The notes beneath the pieces are model-generated. The model worked only from the letters and a program-made list of their open reading frames with translations, did not search any database and had not been told where the DNA came from. Positions 26,809-36,933 of a DNA stretch of 47,055 nt are shown here, in pieces. The position numbers were made by a program, and so were the translations under genes. The stretch lies in the IMG/VR virus record IMGVR_UViG_3300025000_000164, positions 1 through 47,055 of that record; one strand, 5' to 3'. The DNA is from a virus. Taxonomy: Duplodnaviria > Caudoviricetes. How positions within the stretch are numbered: position 1 is the stretch's first letter; each line of letters opens with the position of its first letter.

Positions 26809-27204
26809 TTATTTCCCAGAAACCTGGGCTTTAAGAATCGCTTTCATATCATCGGATATATCGAGCTTATCAATAGCTGCAAACACATCAGATTGTTTGA
26901 GTTTCGGGTCGGCACTATTTGCCCTGGTCCTGGCTTTCCCCGAATATATCTCCTCCCATTTCTCTCCCATAAACTTTTTTCGCTCCTCCCAGGTATTATC
27001 TTTCATTCCGGCGATACAATCGGCGAGCTTCTGCTTCAGCCCATGGACAAAAAGATCATGTTGAATCTTGCAGGAGATAGGAGCATACCCTTCTATCTTC
27101 CCGAACACAAACTCCAGCTTCCCCACTTCCGGGAAGGTGCATACCATAGAGCCGTCTTTAACTTCCCATGCCAACCGCGCTTTCTTCTCAGTGTTCTCGC
27201 TCAT
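26809..27204 (-). CDS. First early gene, hypothetical, paralog of 19477..19848
   Basis: GAGGT RBS and strong promoter; HGLKQKLADCIAG...WEEIYSG. Confidence 0.85.
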   Translation of the reverse strand: MSENTEKKARLAWEVKDGSMVCTFPEVGKLEFVFGKIEGYAPISCKIQHDLFVHGLKQKLADCIAGMKDNTWEERKKFMGEKWEEIYSGKARTRANSADPKLKQSDVFAAIDKLDISDDMKAILKAQVSGK

Positions 27205-27269
27205 GTTAGAACCTCATTATATAAGAGGGTTTAAAAGCCGGGGAACCGTTTTCCCCTTTCGTTGATTCC

Positions 27270-27298
27270 ATATAACCAAATTCTGCATGGAATGTCAA
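27270..27298 (-). promoter_or_regulatory. Sigma70-like early promoter
   Basis: TTGACA-N17-TTATAT, with TGG before the -10. Confidence 0.7.
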
Positions 27299-27802
27299 GA
27301 ACATAATGCACATCATAAACATCATGCAAACCATTCACACTCTGCCAATAGCTCGTAATGGTTCTGCCGTTAGGCCCCCTATAGCCCCACCCCACCCCGG
27401 TTCGATGGGTAGACAGGTGTCATAGGATACAAATCTCTATTTTCAACTGACTTACTGCGAAGCTAATACTAGCAGTGTCCCAAGCACCCGCCGAATTAGT
27501 TACTGTAAAAGTAGCACGACGTCTCACGTCAGACGTGTCGCCCTCTAGACAGCACGTAGTTTTACGACGCCTTCCTTCCCTTCTATACAGCAGACCATCT
27601 GGGTCCAAAGCCTTCCGTTGAACCAGTAATAGCATGCAGCCTTGCGGCACTCTTCTTCCCTAAAGTAGCCGGGCATTTGGGGCGATAGGTTCCTCCTAAA
27701 TAGCGACACCTCAAGGTGGATTATCCTCCCGTTGAATCTTTTACTGAAAGTAGTACGCAGTTTCATGGCGCCATATCTCCCGCACTTCTTACAGATTATA
27801 AA

Positions 27803-27815
27803 GTGCATGATTCAC
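27803..27815. promoter_or_regulatory. Dispersed palindromic site, copy 6 (GTGCATGATTCAC)
   Basis: Two mismatches, but shares the RTTAGGATCT flank with copy 4. Confidence 0.5.
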
Positions 27816-27929
27816 ATTAGGATCTGTAGCATAAGATACTGTATTTCAACGGACGCGCCCACCCGCCCGCCCTGCTACTTACTGCTAAAGCGCGGGAGCA
27901 TTATTTCTAGCATACTTCGCATTTTGTCC

Positions 27930-27958
27930 TAGACAGCCTGGCAAATACATGATACGAT
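27930..27958 (+). promoter_or_regulatory. Sigma70-like promoter of the packaging/structural arm
   Basis: TAGACA-N17-TACGAT with extended -10 TG. Confidence 0.6.
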
Positions 27959-28004
27959 TCTAATAGGGAAGAAACCCTATATAAGTAGTTTGGAGATATA
28001 ATAA

Positions 28005-28301
28005 ATGAAAGTTATTAGTTTATCAAAACCAGGAGACTTTGCATTCTGGTGTCCTGGTTGTTTGGAATATCACCTTTTTGACAGTACACATGCTTTTAAT
28101 GGAAATATTGATAAGCCAACATTACAATCCTGTATAAAGGTGAGGATGAAACCAAAAGAAAGTTTAGCTTTACATAACCTTCCAGCAGGAGAAATAAGAG
28201 GAACCTGCCACTCATTTGTAAAGGACGGAATGATTCAGTTCCTCGACAACTGCACACATAAGTTAGTAGGTCGTACAGTGGAGATTCCGGAGATTATATA
28301 A
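28005..28301 (+). CDS. DUF6527-like Cys/His metal-binding protein
   Basis: FWCPGC..H, FNGNIDKPTL and CHSFVKDGMIQFLDNCTH; GGAG RBS. Confidence 0.7.
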   Translation: MKVISLSKPGDFAFWCPGCLEYHLFDSTHAFNGNIDKPTLQSCIKVRMKPKESLALHNLPAGEIRGTCHSFVKDGMIQFLDNCTHKLVGRTVEIPEII

Positions 28302-28732
28302 TGACAAAAGAACTTTCTACAGAAACACTTCTTGACCTACTTGAGAGGGGCTTTAGTCCCCCAGAGATAGCACAGCATACTGGACTCACCCCGCCCACGA
28401 TTAGGCAGCGGATTGCGAAATTACAGCAAGATCAGGGAGTATTACTCCAGTACAGGAGTCTCCAGAACCTTAGATTAACTGAACTTCAGCATGCTATCCT
28501 CGAGGCCATTACTCCCGAGAAGATAGCTGAAGCCCCTTTGAACGTGCTAGTCCAGGCTTTCAAAATCCTAAAAGACAAGGAGCTTGTTATGACTGGGAAC
28601 CCTACAGAAATAAGAGGTCTTGTTGGCTACCTTGTAGAGCTTGAAAGGCAGGAAGTACAAATTGGAATTGATTCTCACCCCGAACCTTATATAGAGATGG
28701 AGGCCGAAGAGGACCTCCCGAGGCTTAACTAG
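28301..28732 (+). CDS. Putative terminase small subunit (N-terminal HTH)
   Basis: GFSPPEIAQHTGLTPPTIRQRI HTH, just upstream of TerL. Confidence 0.65.
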   Translation: MTKELSTETLLDLLERGFSPPEIAQHTGLTPPTIRQRIAKLQQDQGVLLQYRSLQNLRLTELQHAILEAITPEKIAEAPLNVLVQAFKILKDKELVMTGNPTEIRGLVGYLVELERQEVQIGIDSHPEPYIEMEAEEDLPRLN

Positions 28733-28733
28733 T

Positions 28734-28892
28734 ATGAAAAAGCTAATGTCCCCACCTTCTTGGCTCAAGAAGGGAACAGAGTCTTTAACAGATGCTATTA
28801 AGAAGAAAAACCCTTTTTCTGTTAAAGCCGCAGCAGATACTCTTCAGAAGAATAAGTCTAAGAAAAAAGCAATACTGGATTCTATCCAATGA
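28734..28892 (+). CDS. 52-aa Lys-rich protein
   Basis: MKKLMSPPSWLKKG...; ATGA overlap with TerL. Not in the ORF track. Confidence 0.6.
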   Translation: MKKLMSPPSWLKKGTESLTDAIKKKNPFSVKAAADTLQKNKSKKKAILDSIQ

Positions 28893-30364
28893 GTCTCAGT
28901 CCAGCCATAGCGAAACTTAAAGAGTGGAAAGAATCTCCTCTTATATTCGCAACTGAATGTCTCAAGGTCACACCTTCGAAGCAGCAGATAGACCTCCTGC
29001 GAGCCCTGGGTGACAAGAGTATTAAGCGCATTACCATCAGAAGCGGGCATGGTACTGGGAAAGACGCTGCAGCTTCCTGGGTAATTAACTGGTTTCTTAC
29101 AGTACATAGGAATGCAAAAGTAGTATGTACCGCACCCACCGCGAGGCAGCTTTCTGATATCCTCTGGAGTGAAATTTCTAAGTGGACTCGGAAGTCTGAT
29201 ATGTTGTCTGAAGAGTTTGTTTCCCAGAAAGACAAAATCTTCCATGTTTCAAATGCTAAGGAGTGGTGGTGTAGAGCTGTATCTGCTTCTGTAAAAGCTA
29301 CAAAAGAGGACCAGGCTGAAACCCTCGCCGGCTTCCACGGAGATGACTTACTCTTTGTAGTAGACGAGGCGTCGGGTGTACCTGATCCTGTCTATATTCC
29401 GCTTGAAGGTGCCTTAACTCAGGAGAACAACAGAATCCTGCTGATAGGTAATATGACAAAAAGCAGCGGATATTTCTACGATTCTCATTTTCACAAGGAA
29501 ATCTCTAAAGCATGGCATAAACTGCATTGGAACTCAGAGGAATCTACAAATGTTAAGCCTGAATATCCAGCGTACATGGCTGAGAAATACGGTAAGGAGT
29601 CTAATATTTATCGCATTCGTGTCCTGGGCGAGCCTCCTCTAGTAGACGATGGAACTTACATTCCTCTGGCCTGGGCACAACAGTGTATAGGGAACGAAAT
29701 AGGAGTAGATTCAGAAGCACCCGTATATCTAGGAGTAGATGTTGCAAGATACGGAGACGATTCCAGTGTTATACTCCCCAGGAAAGGAAATCGAATCGAC
29801 ATCTGGGATGAATATAAAGGAATGGATACTGTTGACATAGCAGGGTTTGTTTCTCAGGGATATACTGAACTTCAGGCAGATGGATGTGCAATAGATGAGA
29901 TAGGGTTAGGAGCCGGGGTTTATGATATACTTTCCAGGCGCCACATGCCAGGACTTTTCGGTGTAAACGTAGCAAAGACTTCCTCGAAACCTACTGAATA
30001 CCATCGCCTCAGAGATGAAATGTGGGGCCTGATGAGGGAAAAATGTATGAAAGCACAATACAGTTTTCCTGATGTAAAGATCCCTGGGCTGCAAGAATCA
30101 TATGGGGATCTTCTTGCAAATGAACTTAGCTCAGTCCAGTACTCTTTTGATAACAACGGGGCTGTGGTTGTAGAAAGCAAGAAACAAATGCGTATGAGAG
30201 GAGTTGCCTCCCCGAACATAGCAGATGCTCTAGGTGTCTCAGAAGTTCTATACAGTGTTTCCCATCAGCTCTGGGGAGCCGGAAAGAAGAAGCAAAATAA
30301 AAAGAAGCGCCCCTGGGATACTCCCATAGGAACCTCACACTCACAGATGTGGATGGTACAGTAA
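28889..30364 (+). CDS. terL: Terminase large subunit
   Basis: RSGHGTGKD Walker A, VVDEASG Walker B, GVDVARYGDD RNase H-like nuclease and SPNIADA. Confidence 0.95.
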   Translation: MSLSPAIAKLKEWKESPLIFATECLKVTPSKQQIDLLRALGDKSIKRITIRSGHGTGKDAAASWVINWFLTVHRNAKVVCTAPTARQLSDILWSEISKWTRKSDMLSEEFVSQKDKIFHVSNAKEWWCRAVSASVKATKEDQAETLAGFHGDDLLFVVDEASGVPDPVYIPLEGALTQENNRILLIGNMTKSSGYFYDSHFHKEISKAWHKLHWNSEESTNVKPEYPAYMAEKYGKESNIYRIRVLGEPPLVDDGTYIPLAWAQQCIGNEIGVDSEAPVYLGVDVARYGDDSSVILPRKGNRIDIWDEYKGMDTVDIAGFVSQGYTELQADGCAIDEIGLGAGVYDILSRRHMPGLFGVNVAKTSSKPTEYHRLRDEMWGLMREKCMKAQYSFPDVKIPGLQESYGDLLANELSSVQYSFDNNGAVVVESKKQMRMRGVASPNIADALGVSEVLYSVSHQLWGAGKKKQNKKKRPWDTPIGTSHSQMWMVQ

Positions 30365-30365
30365 T

Positions 30366-32255
30366 ATGTATGAAACTCCTGAACAGAAAGCCTCTCTCCA
30401 TACACAGCTTGTAAAGTGGCTCGGGGACTGTGAGAACTCCACATCTGAGACTCTCTGGCTTGAAGAGGCAGAAGAGGATTATAAGTTCTACGCTGGAGAC
30501 CAGGATACCCTTGAAGTAAAGATGGCTCTTGAAGCACAGAACAGGCCTAATACTACATATAATGAAGTCCAGCCGAAGATTAACATGCTGGTTGGTATGG
30601 GTGCTCAGCTAGATGGTGCAGTAACTCTGATGCCCCGGACTATAGAGGACGGCGCTTTAACTGAGTTAATGATAGGTGCTGTGGATTTCTTCCGGGAGAA
30701 GATGAGGCAGAACCGGAAAGAGAGTTCTTGCTTTGAACATTCTGTGAAAAGTGGTAAAAGTTGGCTTCATTTCTATGTGGATGAGACGGATAAGGAAAAT
30801 AAACTAAAGAGTCAGAGAGTCCCGGGGCGTTATATCCACTGTGATCCGGATTCCATAGAATATGATAAGACTGATGCTAGGTTCCTTTTTAGGGATAAGT
30901 GGTTCACTGCAGAAGATATAGAAGCCGCATGGGATCAATTCAAGTTCCCGAGAGATGCCTCTGGGAATGTGATACAAGATACGTTTCCTGGAGTCCAGCA
31001 GAGTCATGCTTACACTCCCACCTTTTTCAACCAGGCAAATGATAAGCATAGAGTAGTTGAAGCGTGGTTCAGGAAGTACGAGAAAAAAGTAGTGTTCCTG
31101 AGTCCACTGACTGGGCAGCAGGAAGAGATGTTTGAGTCTGAGTTTAAGAACTTTAAGGCAAGTTTGAAACAGGGGCTCCAGCTTCCTAATGGTGGAACAG
31201 TACATCAGGAAGATATAGCTAGCACTAGCTATCTAGTCCGGTCAATCTACTATGCTATCTTTAATGCGTTTGAGATACTGGATGTGGGCCGGAGCATTTA
31301 TAAGCATAACCTATTCCCATATGTGTACCTTGAAGCATATCACGACGAGGATAACAATAGGCCATTGTCTGTAATAAAGCCTATGAAGGATCCTCAGCGC
31401 GGGCTTAATACAACTCGTAGGCAATTGATTCATCTGCTCCAGACCGCGCCGAAAGGCATACTGATGCACGAAGTTGGGGCAGTCCTAAATATTGAAGACT
31501 ACGAGCAAAATTCTTCTAAAGCCGGATATCACCTTGCTTTAGCGAGTGGGGGCCTGGAAAAGATAAAGTTTTCCCAACAGCCTCAGATTCCAAATATTTA
31601 CTCTCAACTTGATGGGCTCTTTCAGCAGAGTATGAAGGATTCTTCTGGAATCCAGGATGCACTGCTTGGTATCCAGACATCTACAAGGGAGCCGGGGATT
31701 ACTGCTCAGATGCGGAATGAGAGTTCTGTTTCTGTACTTTATAGCTTATTTGATAACTACAAGGAATTCAAGTACATTTGCACTAAGATCCTGCTCAGCA
31801 ACATACAGCAATTCATAACAGAGGAGCAGGTTGTACGTATCAAGGGGCAGACTGGATATGAGCTTATAAAGATAAATTCCCAGTTTAATCCACAAGCCGA
31901 GGGCTGGAATGATATAACAACTGCACAGTTCGACATAGTAATAGACAATGATGTTGTTACGAAATCCACTCGACTCGCTATCGCCCAGCTTCTGCAAGAA
32001 TTCAGCCATAACAACCCCGGCTCGATTCCAGCTGAAGTCATGCTTGAGTATGCGAATATTCCATACACTGCTCAGGTCAAGGTTAAGGAGAATGCAGCTG
32101 CACAAGCTGATGCTGGTAGAAAGGAAGCCGACCTTGATACATTTGAGCGGAGAAAGAAGCTGGAACTTGAGGAAAGAAAGGTTATTGTACTTGAGAAACA
32201 AGTCACTATTTCAGAGAAGCAGTTAAATAAACCAGAAGTAAAACCCAAACCCTAG
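30366..32255 (+). CDS. Portal protein (P22-like)
   Basis: Follows TerL; DYKFYAGDQ...NEVQPKIN, MKDPQRGLN and a C-terminal coiled coil. Confidence 0.9.
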   Translation: MYETPEQKASLHTQLVKWLGDCENSTSETLWLEEAEEDYKFYAGDQDTLEVKMALEAQNRPNTTYNEVQPKINMLVGMGAQLDGAVTLMPRTIEDGALTELMIGAVDFFREKMRQNRKESSCFEHSVKSGKSWLHFYVDETDKENKLKSQRVPGRYIHCDPDSIEYDKTDARFLFRDKWFTAEDIEAAWDQFKFPRDASGNVIQDTFPGVQQSHAYTPTFFNQANDKHRVVEAWFRKYEKKVVFLSPLTGQQEEMFESEFKNFKASLKQGLQLPNGGTVHQEDIASTSYLVRSIYYAIFNAFEILDVGRSIYKHNLFPYVYLEAYHDEDNNRPLSVIKPMKDPQRGLNTTRRQLIHLLQTAPKGILMHEVGAVLNIEDYEQNSSKAGYHLALASGGLEKIKFSQQPQIPNIYSQLDGLFQQSMKDSSGIQDALLGIQTSTREPGITAQMRNESSVSVLYSLFDNYKEFKYICTKILLSNIQQFITEEQVVRIKGQTGYELIKINSQFNPQAEGWNDITTAQFDIVIDNDVVTKSTRLAIAQLLQEFSHNNPGSIPAEVMLEYANIPYTAQVKVKENAAAQADAGRKEADLDTFERRKKLELEERKVIVLEKQVTISEKQLNKPEVKPKP

Positions 32256-32267
32256 TTGGAGGAAACT

Positions 32268-33053
32268 ATGGCTGGCATTGAAGCGTTTTTTGAGGAACAA
32301 GAAGAGGATGAAGTTGTAGATCTTGGTAAAGAGATTGAAACTCCGGAAGAGCCTCCTGTAGAACCCGAGACTCCACCTGAGCCAGAACCAGAAGTAGAAG
32401 ATCCTGTAGTGCCTGAGGCGGGGGAACCTGAACCAGAGTCTGAGGATCCAACTTCAGAAACCATATCATCTTTGAGACAGCTGCTACGAGAACAGGCTCT
32501 TGAGATTGAGAAACTCAAAGGACAATCCCAAAGGTTGACCGAAAGTCTTACCGAGTCGGGGCATATTGACGAGAGTATTTCCGAGAGCACAGAAGAACCG
32601 ATCGTGTCTCCTGCGCGTGCGGAGGTTCTTGGTATCTTAGCAGAAACTATGAAGGTGAATCCAGTCTACCAGGATTTTGAAGATGTGTGTTCTCAGACCA
32701 ACTTCGAGCGCACTGTTGACGCCCTGGCCAAGATGGAAATGCAGGAGAAGGGTGGTAGCCTTACAGAACACATAGACAACGTGACGAAGTATATCTGGAG
32801 TTTAAGTAATCCCTATAAATTCGTATACGATATTGTAAAGCAGCATCACCCTAAGTATGCGGCTCCTAAGCAGGAGTCTGTTCCAAAACCCGCCGCGCCA
32901 AAAGCCCCTCCGTCTATCGGAAATATTCCTGGTGGAAACGGGGCAGGGAATGAGGGCTGGACAGCAGCAAAAATTGATGCGTTGCCGGAGGATAAGCTTG
33001 ACACTGTTCCTGCGGCAATATATGAGAAATATATGCAGAACGAACTTGCATAA
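32268..33053 (+). CDS. Capsid scaffolding protein
   Basis: Acidic PE-rich N-terminus and coiled coil, between portal and MCP; ATG after GGAGG. Confidence 0.75.
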   Translation: MAGIEAFFEEQEEDEVVDLGKEIETPEEPPVEPETPPEPEPEVEDPVVPEAGEPEPESEDPTSETISSLRQLLREQALEIEKLKGQSQRLTESLTESGHIDESISESTEEPIVSPARAEVLGILAETMKVNPVYQDFEDVCSQTNFERTVDALAKMEMQEKGGSLTEHIDNVTKYIWSLSNPYKFVYDIVKQHHPKYAAPKQESVPKPAAPKAPPSIGNIPGGNGAGNEGWTAAKIDALPEDKLDTVPAAIYEKYMQNELA

Positions 33054-33065
33054 GGAGATATGTAA

Positions 33066-34127
33066 ATGAGTAATTTGTTTGTCACTAATGATCCGTTGAC
33101 CAGGAAGAAATGGGCGCGTGATCTGTTCCCCATGATTCTGAAGGGTGTAGAAGGTACTGAACTGATAGGTCCTGGAAAGGATGCTATTATCCAGATGAGG
33201 ACTGAACTTGGGAAGGGTGAGGGGGACCAGATTAAGTTCGGTATCCGACTTCCGCTTGTTCAGGAAGGTATTGTTGGAGATGACACTGTAGAAGGAAATG
33301 AAGAGAAGTTGCGCTTTCGTAATTTCTTTATGACTATTGAGGAATTAAACCTCGCCGTTGATACTGGTGGTAAGATGGATCAGCAGCGTATTCCCTATGA
33401 CCTGATGGTTGAGGGTAAGGATGGTCTGCAGCAACGGTATTCTGAGATTATTTCTGATATGATCTGGGCACATCTTTGTGGAGATACTACCTTCCGTATT
33501 GCGGGTAAGACTTTTGCACAGAATCCAGTTGCCCCCGACACTAATCATGCTCTGGTAGCCAATGGTGGAACTGCTGGCTCCCTCGACGCCTCCCATGAGG
33601 CAGGTCTTGCTTTTCTTGATCGTATGAAACAGCAGGCTGAAGTACCTATCTCTGATACAACCGGGTATCGTGTGCGCCCGATGATGATTGGAGGCAAGAA
33701 ATACTATCGTGTGTATCTTCACAACTTTGTTTTTGACCGTCTCAAAGCTGATATGAACGCGGGTGCCTGGGGTGACATGCTCAGGTCTGCGCAGAAACTC
33801 GGTCAGCCGAATGTAGAGTTCGAGTATAACGGGATGCTGGTAGCCAAGTCTGAGCGTATTCGTTCTACTACTGCAAATGAGTATCGCAATGTTCTGCTTG
33901 GTGCTCAGGCTGCATGTTTCGCGTGGGGTGGAGCAGGAGAAAGTAAATCCACTACCCTGGCTTTTGTACCTTACACTCGTGATGCAGAACGCTTTGTCAT
34001 GGTAAGAGGCGGCGCTATCATGGGTATCAAAAAGACCCGCTTTGTTGTTGGTTCCAATGCTGAATCCACCGGGGAAGACTACGGCGTTATCGTTGGTACT
34101 TCTTACGCAACTCGTCTTAACGACTAA
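33066..34127 (+). CDS. Major capsid protein (N4-gp56 / DUF4043-like)
   Basis: ELGKGEGDQIKF, GDDTVEGNEE, LLGAQA and GIKKTRF...DYGVI; AAGGAG RBS. Confidence 0.9.
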   Translation: MSNLFVTNDPLTRKKWARDLFPMILKGVEGTELIGPGKDAIIQMRTELGKGEGDQIKFGIRLPLVQEGIVGDDTVEGNEEKLRFRNFFMTIEELNLAVDTGGKMDQQRIPYDLMVEGKDGLQQRYSEIISDMIWAHLCGDTTFRIAGKTFAQNPVAPDTNHALVANGGTAGSLDASHEAGLAFLDRMKQQAEVPISDTTGYRVRPMMIGGKKYYRVYLHNFVFDRLKADMNAGAWGDMLRSAQKLGQPNVEFEYNGMLVAKSERIRSTTANEYRNVLLGAQAACFAWGGAGESKSTTLAFVPYTRDAERFVMVRGGAIMGIKKTRFVVGSNAESTGEDYGVIVGTSYATRLND

Positions 34128-34138
34128 GGAGTTATATA

Positions 34139-34543
34139 ATGGCTGATTACGTAATACGCAAACAGTCTGATGTCGTTTGGGCTAAGGCTAGCAAGGTACT
34201 TGCTACTCCGGCCGATGGGACACATACTGTATGCAGAATCCCTAAGAATACCCTGGTAACAAACATTATCATAAACAAGACCGTGGCTTATAGTGCTGCT
34301 GGTTCTATTGTTACAGTAGGATTCACCGGGAATAATGAGGCTACAGATGTAGATGCTTTCATGTCTGAGGTTGTATTCGCCCCGCTTGATGTAGGTACTT
34401 CTTCTATTAACCAGGGTGCTGTAAAGAACTCCGGTGGGAAGTATTTCACGCAGGCCGGAGCAATCACTGTCACAACTAACGACAATGCTGGTACTGCAGG
34501 AACCTTTCAGGTATTTGTTGAGTATATTCAACTTAAGAATTAA
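34139..34543 (+). CDS. Putative capsid decoration/cement protein
   Basis: Directly after the MCP; strong RBS; beta-rich. Confidence 0.65.
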   Translation: MADYVIRKQSDVVWAKASKVLATPADGTHTVCRIPKNTLVTNIIINKTVAYSAAGSIVTVGFTGNNEATDVDAFMSEVVFAPLDVGTSSINQGAVKNSGGKYFTQAGAITVTTNDNAGTAGTFQVFVEYIQLKN

Positions 34544-34554
34544 GGAGATAAGAG

Positions 34555-35025
34555 ATGGCTTTTAAGGATCGACGTAGGACTGATGCGCGGGACAATTTGC
34601 AGGGACAGACTTTCTGGCTTACTTCCGCATTGATTGACGTTGCTGATGTTGCAGCAGGGACGACTGTATTGTTTAGCTTTCCGGATGCAAATACTTATAT
34701 CATTGAGAAATGCGCGCTGGATGTAATTCTCAGGTTGGATGCTGGTTCTGTAAATATTGGGTATGGCACTTTGCCTCTTGATACTACTGCAGAATCCGGC
34801 ACTCTGACCACTACCGCAGCTGATACGCTCTGGGCTACAGCCCTGGCCGATGAAACAGGTGGAGAGATTTTTGATATTTATTCACTGTCAACAGCTGGTA
34901 CTCTTGATCCGTTGACTCTGGTTGGTGCTGCTAGCACTGTCCCAGTAATAATCGCTACTATTGCTACCGCAGTAACTGGCAAGTTCCGTGTACACCTGCA
35001 GGTAAGTAAGATTCCCAGCTATTGA
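34555..35025 (+). CDS. Putative virion structural protein
   Basis: AAGGAG RBS; beta-rich. Confidence 0.65.
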   Translation: MAFKDRRRTDARDNLQGQTFWLTSALIDVADVAAGTTVLFSFPDANTYIIEKCALDVILRLDAGSVNIGYGTLPLDTTAESGTLTTTAADTLWATALADETGGEIFDIYSLSTAGTLDPLTLVGAASTVPVIIATIATAVTGKFRVHLQVSKIPSY

Positions 35026-35026
35026 T

Positions 35027-35039
35027 GTGAATTATTCAC
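35027..35039. promoter_or_regulatory. Dispersed palindromic site, copy 7 (GTGAATTATTCAC)
   Basis: Exact copy; intergenic. Confidence 0.75.
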
Positions 35040-35053
35040 GTTAACATCTTCAA

Positions 35054-35164
35054 ATCATTAACGAGGCTAGAATGAATTATTTGGAACTCCAAGATGAAAT
35101 TATCCTCCTAGTCGATTCTTCGACTCCAGAGATAGATGCCCTCGTTCCTGGCCTCGTTAATGAT
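35054..35164 (+). promoter_or_regulatory. Long-range stem sequestering the RBS of the adaptor gene
   Basis: ATCATTAACGAGGC (35054-35067) is the exact reverse complement of GCCTCGTTAATGAT (35151-35164). Confidence 0.6.
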
Positions 35165-35707
35165 GCTGTACTTGCGATAGCTAATGAGCCTGGAGTTATA
35201 CTTCCCAGTCTCAAATCTATTGTTAGCGTTAACACGGTAGCAGCACAGGGATATACATCTATCCCTGTTGGTTATGACTCTAAGGTGATATACGCATCTG
35301 TCGGGGGATTGGAAGTAGAAACTAAATCGACAATCGAGGACTTGCTTAAAGAAGGATATGACTTCAGTACGGAGGGAGAAATTGAGGCTTTAGCAGTGGA
35401 AGGAAATGTTCTATGGTATGCCAATACCCCGGCGGATGTTACTGCAATAACAATGCTTCTGTATAAGAATCCTGCTGTGCTTGTGGAGGATACAGATATA
35501 CCAACAGACATACCAGAACATCTTCATAGGTGGCTGATTAAGCCCTATGTTGCTATGGCTATGTATGATATGATTGAGCAGGAAGATGACACGGCGAAAA
35601 TTCAGACTCAGGTGCAGCAGGGATTTTATGACAAGGGTCTCACTAAACTCAAAGAGTATCTTGCTGCCAGACGCCGCGGGATGTCTAGGAGCATCTGGAA
35701 TATATGA
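35072..35707 (+). CDS. Putative head-tail adaptor (tail tubular A-like)
   Basis: MNYLEL...VNDA and DIPEHLH; position after the capsid genes. Confidence 0.7.
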   Translation: MNYLELQDEIILLVDSSTPEIDALVPGLVNDAVLAIANEPGVILPSLKSIVSVNTVAAQGYTSIPVGYDSKVIYASVGGLEVETKSTIEDLLKEGYDFSTEGEIEALAVEGNVLWYANTPADVTAITMLLYKNPAVLVEDTDIPTDIPEHLHRWLIKPYVAMAMYDMIEQEDDTAKIQTQVQQGFYDKGLTKLKEYLAARRRGMSRSIWNI

Positions 35708-36933
35708 AAGAACTAGATGTCAAAGTCGGACCATTCTTTAAGGGGATGAATAATAGGGTGGAGTCTCATGCCCTGCCCGAGGGTACTGCTAGAAATCTTG
35801 TGAATCTGGATGTGGATAACTCTGGGTTCTGTAGAACCAGGAAAGGGATGTCAAAAGCTCTTTCTTGTATCAATTCTAAGTTTGGATATAACTGTCCACT
35901 TGGAATGTTCTTTGTAGAAGGTCCATTTCTTAAGCAGTTTAATGCCACCACAAACACTTCAACAATCCTGTTTGGAGATATCACAGGATCCTATTGTACC
36001 TTTGATTATTTTAATGGTGTCCTGTATTTCAGTGATGGAGTTGTGAATCGGAAGATAGTTTCTGGAAACGTATATAGGTGGGGAATTGGTCCTCCGAGTT
36101 CTCCAATTATTGAAGCAGTTGCGGGGACCTACTCTGCCGGTGTGTACCAAGCAGCATTATGTTTCGTAGATTCGCAGGGTGTTGAGTCGGGGTCTTCGAG
36201 TGTGGTTAGTATATCTGTTGGAGACAGTACAGGATTTACATTTGGTCTCCCTGCTATACTTGATCCTCAGGTTGTTGCAACGAGGATATATCTTAGTACG
36301 CCAAATGGTAGTGAGTTGTACCATGTTGGAGATACTACAGATACAACTTATACAATTCTGGCTGGGAGGTATGATGAGGGAAACACCCTCGAGACTCATG
36401 TTATATCTTCTCCCCCACCAGGACGAATCCTGAGACACTACAATGGTAGGGAGTACATAGCAGATTCTCTTGGGACTGTATGGTACTCCGAACCATATTC
36501 TTTTGACCAGTTCAGACTCGGAGATAACTTTTTGCAGTTCGAAGATCCAGTAGATATAATGGAACCAGTAACTGGTGGAATCTATTTCGCCTATGGAGAT
36601 AGGACAGAGTTCTGGATTGGGAATCCGGAAGAGGGATTTGAGGTTAAGGATAAGTTTTCCTATGGTGCGATACTTGGAACAGGGAGGAAACTTCCTAATT
36701 CAGAAAACGTAGCATGGCAATCCACTAGGGGAATGGTAATAGGTACTCCTTCTGGAGAATGTAAAAATATGCAGGAAGAGAATGTCGCAGTAGAAAATGC
36801 TGCTTCAGGTTCTGTACTTGTGCGGGAGAAAGATGGTATTCGTCAATTCATAGCAAGTCTTCATCAGCCTGTAGATTCACCAATGGCTGCAACTAGTTGG
36901 TTTGATGCCGAGGTGATTCGGCGGGGAGAGTGA
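35704..36933 (+). CDS. Putative tail nozzle / DNA stabilization protein (beta-propeller)
   Basis: FKGMNN...NLDVD start, WYSEP; position. Confidence 0.6.
   Translation: MKELDVKVGPFFKGMNNRVESHALPEGTARNLVNLDVDNSGFCRTRKGMSKALSCINSKFGYNCPLGMFFVEGPFLKQFNATTNTSTILFGDITGSYCTFDYFNGVLYFSDGVVNRKIVSGNVYRWGIGPPSSPIIEAVAGTYSAGVYQAALCFVDSQGVESGSSSVVSISVGDSTGFTFGLPAILDPQVVATRIYLSTPNGSELYHVGDTTDTTYTILAGRYDEGNTLETHVISSPPPGRILRHYNGREYIADSLGTVWYSEPYSFDQFRLGDNFLQFEDPVDIMEPVTGGIYFAYGDRTEFWIGNPEEGFEVKDKFSYGAILGTGRKLPNSENVAWQSTRGMVIGTPSGECKNMQEENVAVENAASGSVLVREKDGIRQFIASLHQPVDSPMAATSWFDAEVIRRGE

Noticed and set aside
27420-27932. ORFs 27420..27650, 27545..27808 and 27732..27932
   Set aside because: They overlap each other, lack a clear RBS and lie between divergent promoters; the region is probably non-coding.
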